Assembly (NCBI GenBank): GCA_964468225.1
Contig: CAYXVC010000041.1
Coordinates: 1 to 17,618 of the forward strand
DNA from: an uncultured Gammaproteobacteria bacterium
Lineage (GTDB): Bacteria > Pseudomonadota > Gammaproteobacteria > JAADGQ01
DNA length: 17,618 nt
Direction of reading: 5' to 3'
A program made the translations under genes and the position numbers. Positions 8,666 through 15,589 of the stretch are shown in pieces (the first letter of the stretch is position 1; each line of letters begins with the position of its first letter). The notes under the pieces were generated by a model. That model saw nothing but the letters and a program-made list of their open reading frames with translations. It was not told the origin of the DNA and ran no database searches.

Positions 8666-8757
8666 CAAAAGCACCCTTGGTTTACTACTAAAAGGGAGTC
8701 GAACCCCAGCCTATACAGGCTTTACCATTAAACACGTTCCAATAACGTGTGCTTTTG
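8666..8757 (-). ncRNA. tRNA-like element A: cloverleaf-like fold closed by a 9-bp stem, with a T-arm-like GGTTCGACTCC loop
   Basis: CAAAAGCAC at 8666-8674 is the exact reverse complement of GTGCTTTTG at 8749-8757, giving a 9-bp closing stem. Three hairpins lie between them: ACACGTT/AACGTGT at 8732-8750, AGCCT/AGGCT at 8708-8721, and the T-arm-like GGGGTTCGACTCCC at 8694-8707. On the minus strand the closing 3' strand continues into a U-rich tail (GUGCUUUUGUUUGAUAU). Arm lengths do not fit a canonical tRNA (7-bp D-like stem, 19-nt spacer after the T-arm). The 5' end shares 9 nt with the 3' end of element B. Confidence 0.35.
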
Positions 8758-8823
8758 GCCGGACTCGAACCGACAACAAACGAATTAATATTTCACCGCT
8801 CTACCTTATTGAGCTACCAAGCA
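8749..8823 (-). ncRNA. tRNA-like element B: 75-nt tRNA-shaped sequence, either a pseudo-tRNA or a tRNA mimic
   Basis: Minus-strand read 5'-TGCTTGG-TA-GCTC-AATAAGGTA-GAGC-G-GTGAA-ATATTAA-TTCGT-TTGTT-GTCGG-TTCGAGT-CCGGC-CAAAAGCA-3'. The D-arm is canonical (A14, G18G19). The T-arm is canonical with a TTCGAGT loop. The anticodon stem is weak and the anticodon would be AUU, which is not a normal bacterial anticodon. The acceptor stem needs a 2-nt AA bulge. No CCA is encoded. Lies 150 nt 3' of rtcB on the same strand. Confidence 0.5.
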
Positions 8824-8970
8824 GGTGTTTAGCCTCTTGACTGTGTTGGTACACATATCGCCAACGGCGGATGCGCCAGACCGGACATAGAGCCGGAACC
8901 GCTAACACAGGCAAGTCATGCCAAACTCTTTTGGTTTGCACGTTTTCCAACATGCAAACAACATTCTTTA

Positions 8971-10209
8971 TTATCCCTTTACACAAACCACCTGACGCAG
9001 CGTATGCACAATTTCAACCAGATCTTTTTGCGCCGCCATCACCGCATCAATTGATTTATACGCGGCGGGTGTTTCATCAATCACACCTGCATCTTTACGG
9101 CATTCCACCCCCGCCGTGGCCTCCAGATGCTCATCCAGACTGACAATTTTCTTTGCCTGAGTGCGGGACATCACCCTTCCCGCACCATGGCTGCAACTAT
9201 GGAAACTTTCATCGTTACCCAAGCCACGAACAATAAAAGAACGGGCTCCCATGCTGCCGGGAATAATGCCTAACTCACCCACTCGGGCACGCACCGCACC
9301 TTTACGTGTCACCAGAACGTTTTCACCGTAGTGGTTTTCACGAGAAACATAGTTGTGGTGGCAGTTCACGGCCTGTGCTTGTGCCTCAAATGCAATCGAT
9401 ATTTCATTGCGCATTGCAGCAATCACTCGCGCCATCATCACTTCGCGGTTAATTCGTGCATACTCCTGCGCCCACTCCACCGCTTCTACATACTGCGTAA
9501 AGTGATCGCTCCCCTCGGGTAGATAGGCCAGATCTTTATCTGGCAAGTTCACAAACCAACGCTCCATATCTCTCTTGGCTACGTCTATAAAGTGTGTGCC
9601 AATGCGATTACCAACACCGCGTGAGCCGCTATGCAACATAAACCAGACGTCATCACTCTCATCCAGACACACCTCAATAAAATGGTTACCTGTTCCCAGC
9701 GTTCCCAGATGATTGACGTTATTGGTTTTTTTCAACAGATTATGCTGTTCGCACAAACGATCAAACCCCGGCTTCAAGGCCTTCCACGCCTGTGCAACAT
9801 CCTCGGGCAAATCACCCCAGGCGCCTTTATCACGCTTAGGCATACGACGACCACGCGAGGAAGATCGCCCATGTGGCACTGCCGTTTCAATTGCAGCACG
9901 AACACCACTCAGATTGTCTGGCAGTTGATCTGCCTTTAGCGACGTTTTCACAGCCATCATTCCGCAACCAATATCAACGCCTACTGCGGCTGGAATCACC
10001 GCTCCAATGGTGGACACCACACTGCCAATGGTCGCACCTTTACCCAGATGTACATCCGGCATGACTGCCACCCATTTATGAATAAAAGGCAGGCTCGCAA
10101 TATTTCTCAGCTGCTGACGTGCTTGCTCCTCAAATGGAACACCCAGAGTCCAGGATTTAATAGGAACCCCTGCATGGTCATCCATCACTTCATAAGATTT
10201 TTCGCACAT
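8971..10209 (-). CDS. rtcB: RNA-splicing ligase RtcB (3'-phosphate/2',3'-cyclic phosphate with 5'-OH RNA ligase)
   Basis: 412 aa, collinear with E. coli RtcB. Matches include PDVHLGKGATIGSV, AAVGVDIGCGM, HLGTLGTGNHFIE, MLHSGSRGVGN, NCHHNYV, GIIPGSMGARSFIVRGLGN and the C-terminus VMAAQKDLVEIVHTLRQVVCVKG. SD AAGGAGA lies 8 nt upstream of the ATG. Confidence 0.95.
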   Translation of the reverse strand: MCEKSYEVMDDHAGVPIKSWTLGVPFEEQARQQLRNIASLPFIHKWVAVMPDVHLGKGATIGSVVSTIGAVIPAAVGVDIGCGMMAVKTSLKADQLPDNLSGVRAAIETAVPHGRSSSRGRRMPKRDKGAWGDLPEDVAQAWKALKPGFDRLCEQHNLLKKTNNVNHLGTLGTGNHFIEVCLDESDDVWFMLHSGSRGVGNRIGTHFIDVAKRDMERWFVNLPDKDLAYLPEGSDHFTQYVEAVEWAQEYARINREVMMARVIAAMRNEISIAFEAQAQAVNCHHNYVSRENHYGENVLVTRKGAVRARVGELGIIPGSMGARSFIVRGLGNDESFHSCSHGAGRVMSRTQAKKIVSLDEHLEATAGVECRKDAGVIDETPAAYKSIDAVMAAQKDLVEIVHTLRQVVCVKG

Positions 10210-10250
10210 GGCTTTGTCTCCTTCTTTCTGTTGTTTGTTACAAACAGCTA

Positions 10251-10267
10251 TTGCAGATAGCGTGCCA
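10251..10267 (-). promoter_or_regulatory. Sigma-54 (RpoN) -24/-12 promoter of rtcB
   Basis: Minus strand reads TGGCACGCTATCTGCAA. The spacing is GG-N10-GC, matching the TGGCACG-N4-TTGCW consensus with one mismatch in the -12 box. It lies about 45 nt upstream of the rtcB ATG and is divergent from the sigma-54 activator gene rtcR. Confidence 0.8.
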
Positions 10268-10412
10268 GTTTTTTAAAAAAACATGAAAATAATCACAAGA
10301 TATTGTTTTTAATTGATTATTTTTTAGATCAACAAATATCTGGATTCATAAGTAAAATCCCATCATAATTAAAAACATATCTATTTCGATATTTTTGTAT
10401 TTATTTTGATAT

Positions 10413-12002
10413 ATGAAAACAGTAGCAATCAGTTTGTTAGGGACGGTTCTGGATCAAAGAGGAGGAAAGAGGCGCCGGAAGAAGTGGCGGCCCACGATCT
10501 CCTTATGCCAACAGGAAGATTTATTGATTGACCGCATGGAGCTGGTTTTTCAGCCACACTTCCAGCGCCTTGCTGATCAAGTCACCAAAGATATCCAGAG
10601 CATATCACCCAACACTGAAGTCAGACATCATCATATTGAGCTGACAGACCCATGGGATTTTGAAGAGGTTTATGGCTGCCTGCATGACTTCGCTCGCCAA
10701 TACAGCTTTGATCGAGATAAAGAAAAATACTTGATTCACATCACCACAGGCACACATGTCGCACAAATCTGTCTCTACCTTCTAACCGAAGCACACTATC
10801 TGCCAGGCCGTTTAATACAAACTTCACCTGCTCAAGACCACAGCGAATCGGGCACACACCATATCATCGATCTGGACTTGTCAAAGTATGACCAAATTGC
10901 ATCTCGTTTTTCGCGGGAACATAGTGAAGGCACTGTTTATTTAAAGGGCGGTATCGAAACCAAAAACATAGCATTCAATAACATCATCACCCAATTGGAA
11001 AAAATTTCCATCAACTCTGATGATCCCATTTTACTCACAGGCCCTACTGGAGTTGGCAAATCACTACTGGCTAAACGCATCTATCAGCTCAAACAAAACC
11101 GCGGACAAGTTCAGGGCCGATTAGTTGAAGTTAACTGCGCAACCTTGCGCGGCGATAGCGCCATGTCCGCCCTGTTTGGCCATAAAAAAGGGGCGTTCAC
11201 AGGGGCTTCCACACAACGCGCCGGCCTACTGCTGGAAGCACATGATGGCATTCTGTTTTTAGATGAAATTGGCGAGCTGGGTCTGGATGAGCAAGCGATG
11301 CTATTACGTGCAATTGAAGATAAAGACTTTATGCCGTTTGGATCAGACACTCCCGTTAACAGCAACTTTCAACTGATTTCTGGCACTAATCGAGACCTGC
11401 TTTCCGACAGCCGTAAAGGTAAATTCCGTGAAGATCTGTTAGCCCGAATCAATCTCTGGAGCTATCGCCTACCCTCGCTCAAAGAGCGTATCGAAGATTT
11501 AGAAAGCAATCTGGATTACGAGCTTGATCGCTTTACCCAGAAAGCAGGCACTCTTGTCAGTTTCAACAAAGCTGCACGTACACGTTATATGAAATTTGCA
11601 CACAGCGCTGATGCCACTTGGCGCGCCAATTTTCGTGACCTCAATGCCAGCGTCACTCGCATGTCAACCCTTGCAGACGGTGGCCGCATTACAGAAGAAG
11701 TAGTCAATGATGAAATTAATCGTCTAAAGCACGATTGGTCTGTTACCTCACAAAAGTGGAACCCCAAAGCCGTGACCGCAAAATTTCTGGACGCAGAAAT
11801 GCATGCGAAGCTGGATCTATTCGAACACATTCAGCTATCAGGTGTCATTAAAGTATGTGAAAATGCAAAATCGATGGCGGAAGCAGGACGAATGTTGTTT
11901 GATCAAAGTCGGGAACAGAAAAAATCAGTGAATGACAGCCATCGACTGAAACAGTTATTAGGGAAATATGACCTGAATTTTAATCAGCTCATGAGCAAAT
12001 AA
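10413..12002 (+). CDS. rtcR: Sigma-54-dependent transcriptional activator RtcR (CARF-like sensor, AAA+, HTH)
   Basis: 529 aa, collinear with E. coli RtcR. N-terminus MKTVAISLLGTVLD...KWRPTISLCQQEDLLIDRMEL. Walker A GPTGVGKSLLAKRIY. Sigma-54 contact motif GAFTGA. Further matches VNCATLRGDSAMSALFGH, LFLDEIGELGLDEQAMLLRAIEDK, REDLLARINLW. C-terminal HTH region. Confidence 0.95.
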   Translation: MKTVAISLLGTVLDQRGGKRRRKKWRPTISLCQQEDLLIDRMELVFQPHFQRLADQVTKDIQSISPNTEVRHHHIELTDPWDFEEVYGCLHDFARQYSFDRDKEKYLIHITTGTHVAQICLYLLTEAHYLPGRLIQTSPAQDHSESGTHHIIDLDLSKYDQIASRFSREHSEGTVYLKGGIETKNIAFNNIITQLEKISINSDDPILLTGPTGVGKSLLAKRIYQLKQNRGQVQGRLVEVNCATLRGDSAMSALFGHKKGAFTGASTQRAGLLLEAHDGILFLDEIGELGLDEQAMLLRAIEDKDFMPFGSDTPVNSNFQLISGTNRDLLSDSRKGKFREDLLARINLWSYRLPSLKERIEDLESNLDYELDRFTQKAGTLVSFNKAARTRYMKFAHSADATWRANFRDLNASVTRMSTLADGGRITEEVVNDEINRLKHDWSVTSQKWNPKAVTAKFLDAEMHAKLDLFEHIQLSGVIKVCENAKSMAEAGRMLFDQSREQKKSVNDSHRLKQLLGKYDLNFNQLMSK

Positions 12003-12071
12003 AGAGCCTACATACACCCGCTTTTTTGTTACACTCGAAATCAAAACTCCAGCTAAAAACAACATAAAGCT

Positions 12072-12548
12072 ATGTCAAAAAACAGATTTATCGGCGTCAT
12101 ATCTGATACTCACGGGCTTGTGAGACCTGAAGCCATTGCAGCCATGCAAGGTGCAGAGCTGATTATTCATGCTGGTGATATTGGTGGAGAAAATATCATC
12201 CAGAAATTTTCAGAAATAGCGCCCATGATGTATGTGCGTGGCAATACCGATTATTGCGGCTGGTCACTCCAACATGCCCCTGAAGTTGATGTGATCCAGC
12301 ATGAAAACTTCCACTTTTATGCGATTCACATCCTCAGAGAGATTGATATTGACCCTGCTGCTGCCGGTTTTGATGTGGTGGTCAGCGGACATACTCACAA
12401 ACCACTGATTGAATATAAAGATAATGTACTTTACATCAACCCGGGAAGCTGTGGCCCTCGGCGCTTTGATCTGCCCATTTCAGTGGGGCGCATTGATATC
12501 ACTTCAACGGGCTTAAAAGCTAAAATTATCGAATTGCTATCATGTTAA
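12072..12548 (+). CDS. YfcE/MJ0936-family metallophosphoesterase (phosphodiesterase)
   Basis: 158 aa. Metal-binding motifs in the correct order: GVISDTHG, GDIGG, RGNTD, SGHTH, NPGS. Confidence 0.85.
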   Translation: MSKNRFIGVISDTHGLVRPEAIAAMQGAELIIHAGDIGGENIIQKFSEIAPMMYVRGNTDYCGWSLQHAPEVDVIQHENFHFYAIHILREIDIDPAAAGFDVVVSGHTHKPLIEYKDNVLYINPGSCGPRRFDLPISVGRIDITSTGLKAKIIELLSC

Positions 12549-13495
12549 ATACACTATTAAAAAAAACAGACAGCTCTCATAATATCGATAATAAAAGAGA
12601 AAGTAGTGTGACTATTTCTCTTAAGTCACTGATTAAACTACACCATCAATCCCGACAATTATCGTTTGGCACTCGCCGCAAGGTTAGCAGTGCACTATCA
12701 GGAAGTTATGCCTCTTCATTTAAAGGACGAGGTATGGATTTTGATGAAACACGCATTTATCAGCCGGGAGATGATATTCGCAGTATGGACTGGCGCGTTA
12801 CCGCTCGCACTGGCCAGCCCCATACCAAAATATTTAAAGAAGAACGTGAGCGCCCTGTTTTTTTTGTTACCGACCTCAGCGCCTCCATGCACTTTGCAAC
12901 ACGCGGTGCATTCAAATCAGTGATTGCAGCGCAGGCTACGGCCTTATTAGCGTGGGCAGCGGCAGATCATGGTGATCGCGTAGGCGGGATTATTTTTTCG
13001 GATGAACAGCATGTTGAGCTGCCTCCAAAAGCCCGACAACATGGCGTGTTGCGCCTTTTGAAAACATTAGAGAGACTAGATTCAAATTTAGACAATGATT
13101 CGTCTGCACAGGGATTAGTTCAAGCGCTCAACCGATTAAGAAAAATCACTCATCCTGGTAGCCTTATTTTTATTTTAAGTGACTTTTACCACCTGGATGA
13201 AGAGGCAAAGCGCCATTTCAGTTATCTATCCAGACACAATGATATTGTCGGTATTTTAATTCGTGACCCACTGGAAATTGCACCACCACCACCTGATCGT
13301 TATAGCATCAGCAACGGTCAAAACATATCTGTACTCAATATTCACAATAAAAAACTCCGGAATCAGTACCACGCTTACTTTCAGGAAAAGCATGAGCGTA
13401 TTAATAGTGTTTTTCGCAAACACGGCGCACGCCTAATTGAACTTTCAACCCATCAGGATGTTTTTAGTACGTTGCGTCACCAGCTTAAAACCTAG
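12542..13495 (+). CDS. DUF58 domain protein (vWA-like fold; the family is usually associated with MoxR AAA+ ATPases)
   Basis: 317 aa. Family hallmarks present: GMDFDETRIYQPGDDIRSMDWRVTART, the aspartate box FFVTDLSASM, GDRVGGIIFSD, and LIFILSDF near the C-terminal third. Start overlaps the upstream phosphoesterase stop by 7 nt. Confidence 0.75.
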   Translation: MLNTLLKKTDSSHNIDNKRESSVTISLKSLIKLHHQSRQLSFGTRRKVSSALSGSYASSFKGRGMDFDETRIYQPGDDIRSMDWRVTARTGQPHTKIFKEERERPVFFVTDLSASMHFATRGAFKSVIAAQATALLAWAAADHGDRVGGIIFSDEQHVELPPKARQHGVLRLLKTLERLDSNLDNDSSAQGLVQALNRLRKITHPGSLIFILSDFYHLDEEAKRHFSYLSRHNDIVGILIRDPLEIAPPPPDRYSISNGQNISVLNIHNKKLRNQYHAYFQEKHERINSVFRKHGARLIELSTHQDVFSTLRHQLKT

Positions 13496-13525
13496 TAACC
13501 TATCACATTAAAAAATAGCCATTAT

Positions 13526-13534
13526 TGATATAAT
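13526..13534 (+). promoter_or_regulatory. Candidate extended -10 promoter (TGATATAAT) for the tlpA-DUF4266-DUF3570-apbE operon
   Basis: TGnTATAAT match, 36 nt upstream of the ATG at 13570, in a 74-nt AT-rich gap. No good -35 element. Confidence 0.35.
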
Positions 13535-13569
13535 GAATAATCAAATTAAAGCAAACAAGGGATATATAA

Positions 13570-14064
13570 ATGTTTAAAAGAACAGTGACCACCCTCATAA
13601 TTTCCAGCCTTCTACTCCTGTTTTTTTACTCATCGACTGTATCTGCAGCCAACAAAGCGCTTCGCTTTCAGATGCCAGGAGCAGCAGGCACCGTAGATTT
13701 GGCCAAATTTCATGGTAAGGTGGTCTATCTCGATTTCTGGGCTTCATGGTGTATACCGTGCCGCAAATCATTCCCCTGGATGAACACACTTCAAGATCAC
13801 TATCAAGACAAAGGGCTGGAAGTCATTGCTATTGCCCTTGATGAGTCTCCTAAAGATGCAATCGCATTTCTGAAAAAATACTCAGCGAACTTTACCATCG
13901 GATTTGATCGGGAAGGAAAATCAGCCGAAGCTTATGGAGTGAAGATAATGCCCACCTCTTATCTTATCGACAGACAAGGTTACATAATAAAAACCTATCA
14001 AGGCTCCATTGAAGGTCATAAAAAAGAGATTGAATCCATGATTAAAAAACTGGTGGCCAAATAA
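13570..14064 (+). CDS. TlpA/ResA-like periplasmic thiol:disulfide oxidoreductase (thioredoxin fold)
   Basis: 164 aa. Signal peptide. Redox motif WASWCIPCRKSFP (CxxC). Typical redoxin-family length. Confidence 0.85.
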   Translation: MFKRTVTTLIISSLLLLFFYSSTVSAANKALRFQMPGAAGTVDLAKFHGKVVYLDFWASWCIPCRKSFPWMNTLQDHYQDKGLEVIAIALDESPKDAIAFLKKYSANFTIGFDREGKSAEAYGVKIMPTSYLIDRQGYIIKTYQGSIEGHKKEIESMIKKLVAK

Positions 14065-14294
14065 TGAATATATTCCAATGCACTCTTGCTGGTACATTAC
14101 TGCTAATGCTGCAAGCCTGTACAGCATTTCAGGTGGAACCTGTGAAACCATGGCAAAAAGGGGCGCTTTCTGAAGAAGCTATGCTTCTGGATGACGACCC
14201 CATGGAAAGCTATGTTGATGACCATATTTACTTCAGCAAAGAGGCTTCTACCGGCGGAAAAGGTATCGGTGGTGGCGGATGTGGATGTAATTAA
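14064..14294 (+). CDS. DUF4266 family small lipoprotein
   Basis: 76 aa. Lipobox LLLMLQAC-TA. Family-typical HIYFSKEASTGG core. C-terminus GIGGGGCGCN. Start overlaps the tlpA-like stop (TAATG). Confidence 0.75.
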   Translation: MNIFQCTLAGTLLLMLQACTAFQVEPVKPWQKGALSEEAMLLDDDPMESYVDDHIYFSKEASTGGKGIGGGGCGCN

Positions 14295-14315
14295 CAAGGA
14301 CGCTTAAAGATAATT

Positions 14316-15581
14316 ATGAAATCAATTCGCAATAAACTGGCCATTGCTGCTTGCACAGTGCTATCTCAAGGGGCGCAGCAGGCAGCCGCTACTGAAACAG
14401 ACATCTCTCATCTGTTTTATAGCGAAGCTGATGATCGAGTGCTCGTCAATAAAACCATCGCCAAATTCAAAGCTCCACTGGGAGGTAATAACGTAATATC
14501 AATGGAAGCTGTTTATGATGCAATAACGGGAGCCACTCCCACCGGAGCTGTCGAAGCTGATAAATTTGTCGAACCAACTGATGAGACAGCACCTGCTGCT
14601 GATATAGTGACAGTCACGACCCCTTCCGGGGGAAGTATTATAAATATAGGCACAAACAATCCTGACGCCCCGGTTATTCCCCAAAGCACCCCTACTCTAA
14701 TTGAATTTGACGACACTCGTATAGGTGTTGACCTTGGATTGACACACAGCTATAGCAGGACTTTAAAAATAAACTACGGTATTAGCACCTCACTTGAAAG
14801 TGATTATGAAGCCTATGGTGGTAGTGTGACTATTGATAAGGAAACATTTAACCGCAACCTGACTTTCAGCGCAGGCATTGCCGGCTCCTATGACACCATT
14901 TTTCAATCTTCTGGAACAACGCCAGGCCCAAGGAGTAATCTGAAAAAATCACAGTTTTTTGGTAAAGGAAAAAAGCGTGGTTTTGAGGGAATGCTTGGTG
15001 TATCAGGAGTCACCAATCGCCGAACCGTCACACAATTCAACTATTCTATCAAATCACAAGAAGGATATCTGACAGATCCCTACAAATTGATAAGTATGAT
15101 TAATGCCGATGGTGCAGAGACGGATGTCTATTATGAAAGTCGACCGGAAAGTCGTTTACAACAAACTCTGTACAGCGCTTTGGTGCATAAATTAAACAAC
15201 AAGGATGTCATTCATTTATCCTACCGCTATTACTTTGATGATTGGGATATTAACTCGCATACCATTGACTATCGACACCGCAAAAATTTCGCCAATGGCC
15301 AACATCTGGAACCTCATCTGCGTGTCTATAATCAAACTGCTGCTAATTTTTACCAAAACAACCTGAATGATGATGGTCAACCACTGCCAGAATATGTCAG
15401 TGCTGACTACCGGCTGGATGAGTTAAGCAGTGTCACCATCGGAGCAAAATATGGCATACCGGCTTGGGGAGGCACCCTGAGATTCCGTCTGGAATATCTC
15501 TATCAATCATTTTCTGAAGCAGAATTTGATACCAACAAGGCTGTTATTTTCCAGGCAAGTTACAAAAAAAAGTTTAATTAG
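14316..15581 (+). CDS. DUF3570 family secreted protein with an ApbE-type flavinylation motif
   Basis: 421 aa. Sec signal peptide (cleavage near AQQA-AAT). DAITGAT at residues 68-74 matches the Dxx[ST]GA[ST] FMN-attachment motif of RnfG and NqrC. Encoded immediately upstream of apbE. Confidence 0.7.
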   Translation: MKSIRNKLAIAACTVLSQGAQQAAATETDISHLFYSEADDRVLVNKTIAKFKAPLGGNNVISMEAVYDAITGATPTGAVEADKFVEPTDETAPAADIVTVTTPSGGSIINIGTNNPDAPVIPQSTPTLIEFDDTRIGVDLGLTHSYSRTLKINYGISTSLESDYEAYGGSVTIDKETFNRNLTFSAGIAGSYDTIFQSSGTTPGPRSNLKKSQFFGKGKKRGFEGMLGVSGVTNRRTVTQFNYSIKSQEGYLTDPYKLISMINADGAETDVYYESRPESRLQQTLYSALVHKLNNKDVIHLSYRYYFDDWDINSHTIDYRHRKNFANGQHLEPHLRVYNQTAANFYQNNLNDDGQPLPEYVSADYRLDELSSVTIGAKYGIPAWGGTLRFRLEYLYQSFSEAEFDTNKAVIFQASYKKKFN

Positions 15582-15589
15582 AGGTCACT

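Noticed and set aside
8749-8823. Calling element B a functional tRNA gene (for example tRNA-Asn or tRNA-Lys, from its D-arm similarity)
   Set aside because: The anticodon would be AUU, which is not a standard bacterial anticodon. The acceptor stem closes only with a 2-nt bulge. No CCA is encoded. The anticodon stem has two G-U pairs out of five. It is kept as a tRNA-like ncRNA or pseudo-tRNA pending tRNAscan-SE/Infernal scoring.
8666-8830. A direct-repeat att site or genomic-island junction, as seen at a tRNA 3' end duplicated by an integrase
   Set aside because: The two T-arm-containing segments are adjacent, within 80 nt. No integrase, excisionase or phage genes are in the window. The pattern fits tandem tRNA-like structures better than island boundaries. 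This cannot be fully excluded without the wider genome.
8801-9143. Small ORFs 8801-8986 (minus) and 8871-9143 (plus) in the rtcB 3' region
   Set aside because: They overlap the tRNA-like structures and the rtcB 3' end, have no SD and are Cys/Arg-rich junk. They are most likely non-coding.
12003-12071. Possible terminator after rtcR (ACCCGCTTTTTTG)
   Set aside because: There is a T-run but no complementary upstream arm to form a hairpin, so it is not called.
14064-14294. Low-complexity GGT/GGC-rich DNA at 14255-14290 considered as a simple repeat
   Set aside because: It is the coding sequence for the Gly/Cys tail of the DUF4266 lipoprotein (GKGIGGGGCGCN) and stays in frame, so it is not a repeat element.
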